From: Azolla caroliniana
Taxonomy: Eukaryota > Plantae > Polypodiophyta
Assembly (NCBI GenBank): GCA_043228905.1
Contig: JBHGNT010000017.1
Span: 15,872,001-15,936,000, forward strand
Direction: 5' to 3'
Length of the DNA: 64,000 nt
The stretch's first letter is position 1. Every line of letters starts with the position of its first letter. Below the pieces are notes generated by a model. It searched no databases and was not told the origin of the DNA. It saw only the letters and a list, made by a program, of their open reading frames with translations. A program made the position numbers and the translations under genes. Below, piece by piece: positions 52,521 to 64,000 of this stretch.

Positions 52521-54689
52521 GGTTTTTTATTTTAATTTAAAAAATATTTAAACAAATTTAAAAAAATTGTTTTAAACCAATCTTTTCATTTTCTAGCCTT
52601 ATTCCCACATGCAAAATAGGTTATAGGGAGAATAATGTTGATACCTGATTATGTATATGTCCATATGAACAAGAAGATGGATTCTCACTTAGTGGAGATC
52701 CTCCCAAATGCAATTACAATGGGTCCAATATATTCTACTACAAGATAGGAGTGTATTGTAACTTAGTCACGAGATTCAATGGTACATTTGTCATTGATGA
52801 AAGAAATGGAGATTTGATGACATTCTCGCTACTTGAAAAAGTTACATTTTTTGTCATTGCGGTTTCAATCATCTTCTGACAACAACAACTATGTACTTTC
52901 CTCTTAATTAGGCTTTCATCATGTGTGAGCATTACTTCTTGAAGATTAGTGACTACTACATGAATCCTTCTATTCGGGTTTCATACATTCATATGAGAGA
53001 TCCTCATTATAATGGTAGCAAGTGCCACTTTTCTTGCTTTATGATGTAAGGCATTCTCAACATACAAACATGGCTTCCTACGAGTAAAATAATATAGCGG
53101 TTCCTATTCAATTTGGTTCTTAGCCACATTGTGATGTTAAAATATATTGGAAATGATTGTGTGATTATTTAGTACTCATCAAGGGCATATCCATCGTAGC
53201 AATATCGTAGATTATATAGTGTTGTGGATTATTCAAGGACAAGTGGGTAAATCACAAATCAGCTCCTATCAATTTATTATGTCTTGAAATAGGTTGGAAT
53301 ACGTTGTGTGGTGATGTAGGTACTTGCTAGGAGCATACCTGAGAGGTAAACAATGTAATGGATATATATAGGTAGGGGTCGTTGGTGGGAGAAGAAAGAT
53401 TCGAAGATAGACAAGTCGATGAAATAAGGAGTTTTATTCAAATTGGTCCCTAGCCATTTTCATGGTTTAATGTTTTTACAACATAAATATTATTGTATCT
53501 GAAAGGTCATTGATACAAAGCTATCTAGGTGTGGTTATGTGGATAGTTATTGGCGGTGTATACCATTGAATGAGGATGGGGAAAATAAAACACATAAATA
53601 TGGGAAGTTGTTGCATTAGAATGGATAAAACCGATAAACGTTACATACACTCACATCTTACATGCAAGCATCAACGTAAGTGTAACAATTGAGAAACCCA
53701 TGTCATTGAAATCATTCTTTAGTGATGCATATTCCTATCAAAGGAACTCATTTTTTGCAACCCTCACTCTCACACACACACACACACGTTTTTCTTCCTA
53801 ATGGATACATTTGATTCAATTGATCTGACTAAACCAACAACATTTCTATTGTTTGGGTTCCTACCTCCAACTAATATGTAATCACAGGAATGTTTAACTA
53901 GGATTGCCCTTTTTTGGGATGTAGTCAGTGACGGGTGATGGGAACATGCATCCAATGGAGAGAGTTTGCTGGTGAGAAGGTTGGAGTAGCAAAAGCCATT
54001 GGAACCCTTATTTTGCAACTAAAACCTTTCTTGCTAATAGTCATCAATATAATGTAAATCTAATATTTGCATTGATAGTGCTATCAAACAAAATTCATGT
54101 CAATGTATTCATTAATTTCTCTATACGATTTTCCGACTCTTTAAAGGTTTATGTGTGATCATCGAAGTCTATTTTTCTATATTGATAAGACTATTTCGTC
54201 GATGCACAATGCATTATTTATAAAGTTAAAATTATGACGTGATATTTATTCAATGTCAATACCTCGATCTACACATTAATGAAAGCAGACTTTTGTGTTG
54301 TTTGCAATAATGCCTCAAGCGTTAGACATCGAGAAGTAGTTCTCGTATCCCGGCTCAACACTTAGCTCAAAACAATGATATTTGCTTAAATCCTACAAAG
54401 CGCTTGTCAAGGTATGCGCTCCAAACAATCACATGGCATTTCATCTCCTCCTCCTTTGGTGTGCATATATACAATATATATATGTGTGTAAAGAAATAAA
54501 TATATGGAGAAACCATTCATCACGATACACTTTTTTCTTCTTCTTATATTGATTAATTTGATGATTTCATCAATCATATACAATCACGTTTTCCATTATT
54601 TTCGACGTCGATACCTCTATCTACCTGTGATGCAACGAAGGTAGGAATTTGTTTTTTTGTGTGTACCATTACCATTCACGAGGTAACAA

Positions 54690-54870
54690 CATTCGTAAAG
54701 GCATGATTGCACATTGCACAAATCGGAAGTCATATAGAAAATTGAGAGAACCCCAGGTTCGATCCTCACCATGGGCAAGGCCCTGTCTCGCAAATTGCAA
54801 CAGATCCTTCGTGGAGGTTAAAAAGATATCTATCTCCTAACCAACCCGATCATCGTGTGGTGTTTAACCC
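54690..54870 (+). mobile_element. tRNA-derived SINE copy 2
   Basis: CCAGGTTCGATCCTCACCATGGG (B-box), GATCCTTCGTGGAGGTTAAAAAG and ATCTATCTCC are shared with the reverse complement of 14720-14878. Confidence 0.55.
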
Positions 54871-55015
54871 CACTCTCTTGTCAAAGCACTCTCACTCATC
54901 GGTAAAGATGGCAAGGTCTCATTTCCTTCATCGTCTTCTTCTGATCCACAGGAGTTTGTTCTTCATTGTTTTTGTCTTCTGATAATACCCACTCATCATC
55001 TGTCCGACGCACATA

Positions 55016-55193
55016 GAAGAAGAAGAAGAAGAAGAAGAAGAAGAAGAAGAAGAAGAAGAAGAAGAGAAGGTGTGTGTGTGTGTGTGTGTAACCTAGGAGG
55101 GTATTCGTTGTAAATTAAAGGAAAGCCATGGGGGGCATTTTTGTAATTTGGACACATGTGAACAAAAATTGGTCTTTGAATTACATATACATA

Positions 55194-55227
<34 letters not shown>

Positions 55228-55402
55228 CATATACATACATACATACATACATACATACATACATACATACATACATACATACATACATACATACATCTAC
55301 AAGAATATGTACATAGATACATATACATACATACATACATACATACATACACACACATACACACACATACTATATACATATACATACATACATACATATA
55401 TA
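55016..55402 (+). repeat. (GAA)n, (GT)n and (TACA)n microsatellites upstream of the transporter gene
   Basis: Read directly: (GAA)n 55016-55063, (TACA)n 55182-55402. Confidence 0.95.
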
Positions 55403-56006
55403 TGAGAAAACAAAAATAGCAGAAAAGAACAAATCTTCATCTCCTCCACCTCCTCCTTTTGATCTTGCATCTGTTCTGCTCTGCTCTGCTCTGCTCTGTT
55501 CTCAAATCATGGCCCAGTTATCAGGATCAGGATCAGGATCAGGTTCAGCTCTCCTCTCCTGCTCAGGTTTATTCGATTAAGGGGTTCTTCCCTCCCCATT
55601 CCCCCTTTTAATCTTCTCCGAGCTTCTTCACCCTGCACAAAAAAATCAACCACCAAAAAAGGTATTTCTTTCTTTTCTTTCCATTCCCGCTCTCTCAACT
55701 TTTTTGGGTTTTTTTTTCTCAGAAGAGAGCACACGTTTTTCTTTTAAAGCTTTTGTTTCTGCTGTCCTCTGCCTTGAAGAGGAGATCAGATCTTCCTTAG
55801 AAAGGAAACATTACAGATATTTGGAGTTTTTTCTATTTTCCTGCAAGTTTTTTGAGCCAGGATTTAGGGTTGATTCTTCTGGGTATATATATATATATAT
55901 TCTTTGCAGGAATTTTGTGGTGCAAATTCTGTCCACTGTTTCATTCTCCTCCCACAAATTAGGGTCTCTTGTGTTATTCATTTTTCTTGATTTTCATCTC
56001 CCTTCA

Positions 56007-57059
56007 ATGGCTGGACTGGGCAACATCAACAACGCAGGCCTAATACGGAAAATTCTTCTAAGTTATCTCTATGTGGGAGTATGGATCTTCTTAAGTTTCA
56101 CTGTCATAATCTTCAACAAATACATTCTTGACAAGAAGCTGTACGATTGGCCATACCCGATAACCCTAACCATGATTCACATGGCCTTTTGCTCGAGCAT
56201 CGCCTTCATACTTGTCCGCGTATTCAAACTCGTGGACACCATATCCATGACCAAAGATATTTACCTTTCGTCGGTGGTTCCCATCGGTGCCTTGTACGCG
56301 TTAAGTCTTTGGCTATCGAATTCGGCCTATATATATCTGTCGGTTTCGTTCATACAAATGCTCAAAGCCCTGATGCCCGTGGCAGTTTACTCGATCGGGG
56401 TTTTCCTGAGGAAAGAGACATTCAAATCAAACACTATGCTTAATATGGTGGGTATCTCGATCGGTGTGGCCGTGGCCGCCTATGGAGAGGCCATGTTCAA
56501 TGGATGGGGTGTTATTCTTCAACTCGGGGCAGTTGCTTTCGAAGCCACACGGCTTGTGTTGATTCAAATCCTTCTCACATCGAAAGGTATAACCTTAAAC
56601 CCTATTACTTCTCTCTACTATGTGGCTCCTTGTTGCTTGGCTTTCTTATCGATCCCATGGGTATTGGTCGAGTATCCGGCCCTCGTCGCCACGTCATCAT
56701 TCAAGTTTGATTATTTCATCTTCGGGACCAATTCGGCATGCGCCTTTGCGCTAAATCTGGCAGTTTTCTTGCTTGTGGGGAAGACGTCGGCCTTAACTAT
56801 GAATGTGGCGGGGGTTGTGAAGGATTGGCTTCTGATCGCGTTCTCTTGGTCGGTGATCAAGGATCGAGTCACGGCCCTTAATTTGTTCGGCTATGGCCTT
56901 GCCTTCCTCGGAGTTTGTTACTATAACCACTGCAAGTTGCAAGGGATGAGGGCTAAAGAGACGCAAAAGAAGGCTAGCGAAGTAGATGAAGAATCCGGAA
57001 GGTTATTGGAGCAGCTTGGTGATTCTGAGAAAGAAGGCAATGCCGGGGAGAAGAAATAG
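56007..57059 (+). CDS. Nucleotide-sugar/TPT-family transporter, UDP-arabinofuranose transporter (UAfT)-like, 350 aa, intronless CDS
   Basis: [78 protein letters not shown] and multiple hydrophobic helices. Recalled as close to the Arabidopsis At5g25400/At5g11230 clade. Confidence 0.93.
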   Translation: MAGLGNINNAGLIRKILLSYLYVGVWIFLSFTVIIFNKYILDKKLYDWPYPITLTMIHMAFCSSIAFILVRVFKLVDTISMTKDIYLSSVVPIGALYALSLWLSNSAYIYLSVSFIQMLKALMPVAVYSIGVFLRKETFKSNTMLNMVGISIGVAVAAYGEAMFNGWGVILQLGAVAFEATRLVLIQILLTSKGITLNPITSLYYVAPCCLAFLSIPWVLVEYPALVATSSFKFDYFIFGTNSACAFALNLAVFLLVGKTSALTMNVAGVVKDWLLIAFSWSVIKDRVTALNLFGYGLAFLGVCYYNHCKLQGMRAKETQKKASEVDEESGRLLEQLGDSEKEGNAGEKK

Positions 57060-59099
57060 AGACGCAATGATATATCGTGGGATTCCTTTCCCTTTTCGGG
57101 TTTTTGTTTCTTGTTTTTCGTTTTTTTCGGATACACGTTTCTCTTTTTTTTGGCTAGTTATTTACTGTATTGCAAAAACACAATTGATCATGAGAGATGT
57201 ATACCAAATAGTAAAAGATCAATGATCAGAGTAGAAAAGTCTTGCATCTTAAAGGAGTTATCAGTGGGTTATTTTCTCTTTTGTGTTCGGAAATCTGGTT
57301 GTGAAAAATAGGGGGAGAAGTTGAAGCTAGGTTATATGCATTGGTTTGGAAGCTTTATGGAGCAGTTATTGTGTGGGAGAAAAGGAGGGGCATGGAGTTT
57401 CAAGAGGGATCAGAAAACAGTAGATAGTTTTCTGCTCATCACGATGGATGGATGCATTTGTATGGCTGAAATTGGACTGCAATTTTTTGATGAATGGCTT
57501 TATACTAGCCGAACTTCAGTACAAAATAACCCATGTGGCTTTTTATTGCATTTGCATTGATCTTTAGCATGAAGAAATTCAAAGCTATCCTTAAATGAAG
57601 TATTAGTGCAGATGGCTTAACTTTTAGAGAAATAATGCAAAATGCTGTAAATGGTTGTTTTTGTGATAGGACATGCTTTTAAACATGCTACGCTTTGCTT
57701 TGTAAGTGTGACTCACGTGCCTAAGTGGCTTCCATTGAATGTGAGGGGTTGTTGTGAGGGTCAAAAGTTGGATGAAAATATTCGGATCTGCATATAGGTA
57801 TAGAGAGAGGTAGTAAATTCAAGTCTTTACTCATGCTCTGTTTTTTCTGGCTGGAAAACCTACGTATACCCCAGAAATTATTGCATTTCTCAATTGATAA
57901 GGCAATCAAATAGTTGACAAAAGATATAGCATTGATGCAACTAGGAATTTCTTGTTTGAGAATAGCGAGATGTAGATATGCCGATGATTTCTTCTTGAAG
58001 ATTGTCTCATGAATGATGGAACCCCACATTGTGGTTATACGCATTGATTTGTGCATGTGATGGTAAAGCCACATTGTGGTTAGAAATTTTGATTTGTGCA
58101 TGTAATGGTAAAGGTGTTTTCTATGTCTTTGTTTATATGCATTAACTAATGAACATTGACATTTATTTATCTGTTTGTGTGTGCTTTCAATTCCATTTTT
58201 GTAATGATTTGCAATCACACCCTCTGCCCTTTTGTTGCTAAGGAAACCACAATCCGAGGTAGGAATTGGTGTACGAGCATTTTTAGGGTGACAAATTGAT
58301 TTGTACTAGTATATGGTATTGTCAATTCTCTTGTTCACAATGTTATGTAACAACCCTCATTACTTTTTTTTTAGTCTATAATAACCATTATTAGTCTTTT
58401 TGGTGTAGAATTTGAAAGCTATGATTGTTTCTATTTGCATACACGAGGGGTGCATTTTTGTTTATGTGAGAGAACAACTTGAATTATGTAAGCCATGTGT
58501 TATTGAATGTGTAGTTGAGTTTTCCATCACAGTGATTGCAATTTATATCGCCTTTCTTGGTATGTCTATGTCTATTTAGCCTTTTCTTACATGTCCATAT
58601 GGCGGATATGGTATGATTGAGGGTGGGGATTGTATCTTATATGTTTTGAATAACCTTAGTGATGACATTAGGCATGAACCCTCAAGAGCCCTACTTATGA
58701 TAATTGTTTTTCAATTTCTTTTCTTTTCTTTCAGATCTTTCTATTTATGTTAAGAAGATATATTTTAGTTATTTGTCATTGCATGTACTGTAAAAGGTAA
58801 AAGGGCAAACAACCTTAGTGGAGATGTGAACCTTATCGATATAAAATATATGGCTAGAGTGCTGTGTCATGATGATTCGTATCGAGATCAACATCATTGG
58901 TGCATATTTGTTTCTTTAGCATTTTTGTGCCTATGTTTATATGTTTGGCCAATCCATTCATTGAGTTGTTTTAATCCTATAACTACAATTGGCCCATTCA
59001 TTCAATTAGAATATTATGGTGTTATATGGATTACCATTTCAATCAAGATTTATCCATCAAATGTGATAACATGGTTTTTGTCACTTTAGGAGTTTTGAA

Positions 59100-60890
59100 A
59101 TAATTAGAGAGATTTGAGTTAGTTTAGCAACTGTTCATCATGGAATAAAAGAGAAGTAGAGAGATTGTCGATCCTTCGAACTTTGGACTCAAACCTAAGT
59201 ATTCCAAGAAAGGTAACCTATATATGTTCATCCCATTTGTATCGATCTTTGATGTAAAATGATATTGAAGTTATACATAAGAAATAATGTTGAAGCTATA
59301 CATAAACATTAATTATTAGTTTCAAAGAAGGCATTAGCTAGATATAAGAGGTCTCAAACTAGATCCTCCAAGGAGCTTCTACTTCTAAGGACATTTGGAG
59401 ATATACATGGATTATAATTTGGCAATTATTGAGGACCAAGTCAAAAAGTCAAGATCCACTTTGGATGTTGGTGGGGAGCTCATGGATAGACTACTACTCC
59501 AACATTCCTAGGTCAACAACACACGTTTAGAAATGTTTGTCAATTATTATTTCTAAAGGGCTCCATTTATGAAGAGATTCAATGCTTGAAATCCATATAC
59601 ACATCATTGTAGACTGACATGCTCAGCAACCAATGTTGTTTGAGGATACTTCTTGAAGGAAACGCCTCCAAATAGAAAATAATAAATGAAGGGGGGAACC
59701 AACAATTGATTAGTGGTGTGGGGTAACCTTTGTCTAGGTCATATTCAATGCATCCATTTGAGTTTTGTATTTCAGTTTTAATTTTGGGGTTTTAAAAGGT
59801 AGTATTCTCAAAATATCAATAAATATTTTGGCGTATCACTCGATGCAAGTATCACAGGCCCACTTGAGCTTACGATTTAGGTTTAAGTTTAGGCTCAAAA
59901 AACTGGCATTCTTGGAAATTTGGATAATTACATGGCATTTTGACAACTTCCACTTTCATTTACTAGTAGGGTATCAATTGTTGCCTTACGAACTACTACT
60001 ACTACTACTACTACCACCACAACAACAACGAACTCAATCCCATCCTACACACAATAATCTGATGGCATGTGACCTTGCAGAGTTGGCTCTCATCCTGGTT
60101 GAGATTTTTTGACTATCAATTGCCACAAGAGAAATCCTTCTAACTTTACAACATATTTTACCACCCAACTTGTGAATCAAAAGTGAAGGCATTTTGCATG
60201 TTTAAATTGAACTATAGCCCCCAATACCTCAAGAACTAAAAAATAATTTGGAAATAAGGTATTATCTCATTGTTCTCCATTTGTGCAAATACCCAAATGA
60301 ATGAAGATAGTTATAATCCAATCAAAGATATCCACACTAAATTGATTCACCTTCAAACCATTCTAGCGATCTAGCATAAAAGAAATTGAATGTAGAGGTT
60401 GAACGCATGACCTTTTGGTGTCCACCTAATAACCTTACCAAGTGAGCTACAAACATCTCTTTTATGCGTGCCTTTATTGACTCTTGAGGACAAATACACA
60501 TGTATTAAGAAATTGACCACCCTCATGAAATGAGAATGTTCAAATGAATGAGAGGACACACATATTTGGATAAGTGATACATCTAATTTGCATTGCAACA
60601 TGGTATGCCCCACGATTAGAGCACAAATTACATCAAAACTTTTAGTTAAAGCCATGGATTAAATAATGTAAACAACTATATAAAAAAAATCACGACCGTT
60701 CTCTTATTGCAAATTTGGATGTGTAATGGAATCTAAATCAAGTGTGTGGGGGTAAAATGAATGGTATTAGGGCTTACGAACAAGTTAGTTTTCAAAAACC
60801 ATATCATTGATGATCTAGTAAAGTCATTTGAAAGGTGATGAATTATATTGTTTTGTAATAGACTTCAAAAGAACCTTTGATATGGTGTTC
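59100..60890 (+). mobile_element. Highly degenerate non-L1 LINE remnant, cut off where the adjacent L1 begins
   Basis: Decayed VNNY.. near 60670, QVSFQK near 60781 and IDFKRTFDMV (DFxKAFD-like) near 60860, in LINE RT order. Confidence 0.35.
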
Positions 60891-60959
60891 CTTTTTGGTT
60901 ATTGATTTTAATTAATTAATTTTTATTTATCTGTTTTTTTATTTATTAAGTAATGATGT

Positions 60960-63900
60960 ATTTAAAACTTTATTTTTATTTTTATTTTTTTATTTTTTCC
61001 AAAATGAAGCTACTTTCCCATTAGTTAGGAAGGATTATCACAAAGAGACTATACAAGGAGGCTTATACACAAATCGGGGAATCTCACTCCGATCAAGTTC
61101 AAGAAAATGAGATTAGTTACATAGCCTTTCAGACTAACTACTTAATGTAAGTAGATACCTATAGCTAAAAGCGGTGCCCTTCAGTGTTGGCTAGTACAAG
61201 CCGACTCCTGGCGCCTACAACAAAGAGAGGGTGGCAGGTGAGTAGGAAACAACCAGCGTGGGGACTGGTAGTTCCACCTCGGGCCACTTCCTCCTTGCGT
61301 CACCATAGGCGTGTTCCGCCATTTCTGCCAAAAGTGCAAATGGAAAGTGACCACGTCGTTGGAGTGGCTGCAAACCTCGTCCAATTGCCCTCATAGGCAG
61401 CTGATAAATGCGAACCATATGTCCATGATCACTTCCTCTGGGGGCTGTACCAGATCTTGGAAGACCTTTAGGCAATGCGCTTTCCATAAATACCACAGGA
61501 TGAAGCCTACGATCAACATCCAAATTTGCGGGAACCTAGGGGATGTGGACTGCAAGTCTCTCTCAAAACGGATGTTGACGATTTTGCCTCTCGTGCATAC
61601 ATAGCACCAACTATCCGCATTGACGATGTTTGTCCACCTATTAACCGAGTGATCAATCCATGCTACAACGCTCCACTATGTTGTTCCTTCCACTTCACAT
61701 GTTGCAAGGAGGTGAGTCACTATCCCATACCTTTTTAGCTTGAGGGCAATCCCACAGACAATGTCTTAGAGTCTCAATAGGTGAAGAGCAAAGTGGCCAA
61801 CCTAATGGGAACACGTCCGAGTTCACAAGTGGAAAGATCGTGCATTCCACTTATAGATTCCTTTTATAATCTTGCGATTTTAGGCAATTTTCAGAAACTT
61901 GATACATTAGTATCACACGTTTTAAATAACATGTAAAATTTGCTAATTTTGTGAGATTTAACAAGTTTCAAAATGATAATATCTAAACTTGAATAGTTTT
62001 TCAATAAATGTTTAAACGTTGATGGTTTGCAGATATGAAATGTAGTTAACTTAAAGAAAATCATAATGGTTAACTCAAGGCACAAGTTAAGATTAATGGT
62101 TTTACCATCTTGAGGAGATGTAGGTTCCAGAAGTGGAAGTTACATTTATTGTTAGACTTGAAAATGTTTTAAGTATAAGAGGTAACATTGTAATCCTTAA
62201 TGCCATCATCTATAAATTTAGTGCTCATTAACATCCATAAATTCACAACTCAAGAAATGTATACAATATTCATAAACAATTTTGATAAATCCATAACTCC
62301 TAAAATGTAGATGATACTCATAAACTATCAAAACTGCCAAACTTAGATGTAAACATTAATATATCAATTTGAACATATCACATAGTTATCAAGGTATCCA
62401 CAATGCTCACCTCTTCTTCATTTTGAGAACTCCCCTACAAAATTTGTGAAAAAATGGCATTTGCAAGGTTCAATTACCATCAACACAATTATTAATGGTT
62501 TTTTGTTAATAAATGAAGCACATGTTCACCATAAGGTAGCTTGTTCTGCAACATACTTCTTTACAATATCGATATGCATCTTTTTCTCATATACTTCTTC
62601 TAGGGCTACCACATATACCTAGCCATTCGCCAACGGGAACCACATTATGACCAATCTGCCACCAAAAGAGCATGATCTTTTCAGGCATATGTAGACGCCA
62701 GAGACCCTTCCAAAAGGTAATGAGCACCTCATCAGGGATGCCCAATGTTCGCCAACCATTGCGAAGGGGGCCGTCTAGCTGTAGTTGTAAAGTTTGACCC
62801 AATTTAGTGTTGTATTCGAAGAAATGGCAGAGTCTGTCGTCATGTTTCCACCTGAAATCCCCTAGGTTCCATTCTAGTTCGACAAGGGGACGACAATCGT
62901 ATACCCATAACTTCCAATGGAGTTCCATCTTAGCAATATCCGGGTCTGTCTTCTAGATGTTATCAACATGTGCCACCCCTCGATTGGGTGCCAAGAGCCC
63001 CTACTCTGACTCTCCCCAAAAAATGTAGCTCTTCCCGATCCACTCACGCCCTTCAGCAACTTAACCATTCCAGCCTCATCAAAGAGACCGAACCATGCAT
63101 CTTCTCTCACCTCCCCCATTGGAACCCTGTCAACTGCCTCAACTATCAATCTCCACATTTTCATAGCTCTCGTGAGGGGAGGGAATGGGTCCTCCTGGGC
63201 TCCTCTTGAAACAACCATGTGTCTCCAATTGTCTATAGAGTGGAGCCCTGTCTGCGCCAGCTTTCCCCATGCTAGGCCCTTAAGCCGCCCTAACATCATG
63301 TTGTCACTTGTTCACACATGAGGATTCCAAAATAATGGTTCTCTCGTCCACTCAATTAGTGTCTCCGAGGTGTGCTTGACCAAATGATGTCATACGTGAC
63401 ACCATGCTTGCAAGATGGAGTTCGTGACCCTGTCCTCTGGTTGACAAGCCATCTTGGGTGGGACTCCGCTCGTGCAACACCATTTCAAGGAGTCAAGCCA
63501 AGGCCTACCATACTTGGGAGTTCTTGGTTGCAACCTGTTGTGAAGTAGTACCTTCCAACACTCCTTACTTGGCAGGAGGCATCGAACCACCATTTTGGCT
63601 AGCAATGCTCGGCTTTGCATTAAGGGGTGTATGAGGCCAAGCCCCCTTTTGGGCCGCAGTTGCGTTAACCAGCGCCATGACACTTTGGTGGCAACCATTG
63701 GGTTGTCATTACCTTACCATATAAACCCCCTGATGGCAGCCTTAATCGCGTGCAAGCCTGCAGGGTCCATAATCCAGCATGAGACTAACATCCACATGGT
63801 GGCGAGCATCAGTTTGTTCGCAATAAGGACCCTATCAGTGAAGGATAATTTAGATCTACTCCATTGGTTCAACTTCCTGCTTATTTGGCTTGCACATGGG

Positions 63901-64000
63901 ACAATTGCACTCCCTTGGATATTGGCATCCCCATCGTAAATCCTAGGTACTTGAATGATGTCCCATCAGGGACCCATGTAAAATCGGCACGGGGTTGCCA
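60960..64000 (-). mobile_element. L1 LINE (RT C-terminus, zf-RVT, 3' end), decayed and running off the window
   Basis: FKYLGF near 63945, KVSWRWLTQ..RGLGLIHP, FWKGLWRLHMPEKIMLFWWQI, zf-RVT PLCSSPIETLRHCLWDCP (~61745-61800) and a T-rich tail at ~60960-61000. Interrupted by an AT-rich insert at ~61851-62587. Confidence 0.85.

Noticed and set aside
54752-54766. GGTTCGATCC T-loop motif as a second tRNA gene
   Set aside because: No cloverleaf or acceptor stem can be formed. It is better explained as a SINE B-box.
55704-56006. 101-aa N-terminal extension of the transporter ORF
   Set aside because: Non-ATG start and T-rich leader/intron-like sequence. Family similarity begins at ATG 56007.

Overview
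Eukaryotic nuclear DNA from a land plant. It is AT-rich, has spliceosomal introns and is dense in microsatellites and transposable elements. A seed-free lineage such as a fern is my inference only. Four protein-coding genes can be reconstructed by hand: a 2-exon DUF1635-family protein (+, 15965-18264), an 11-exon ankyrin/Raf-like integrin-linked kinase with a degenerate catalytic loop (+, 32154-38379), a 16-exon HEN2-type (DExH10) exosome helicase with one GC-AG intron (-, 44402-51089) and an intronless UAfT-like nucleotide-sugar transporter (+, 56007-57059). There is one tRNA-Arg(ACG) at 42956-43028. The intergenic DNA holds a four-layer nest: a LINE remnant interrupted by a hAT MITE, which holds a Copia element, which holds a rearranged Gypsy chromovirus, with target-site duplications (TSDs) visible for the three inner layers. 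It also contains a TSD/poly-A-bounded chimeric retrocopy carrying a sugar-transporter fragment, a Mutator-like MITE, a ~150-bp fold-back, two copies of a tRNA-derived SINE, and L1 and non-L1 LINEs. I found no CRISPR array, rRNA or prokaryote-like system and cannot claim a wholly new biological system. The strongest leads are the putative ILK pseudokinase with its repeat-built uORF/acceptor leader, the doubly inverted chromovirus, the chimeric retrocopy and the gene-proximal (TACA)n tracts. Family assignments come from recalled motifs, not database searches.
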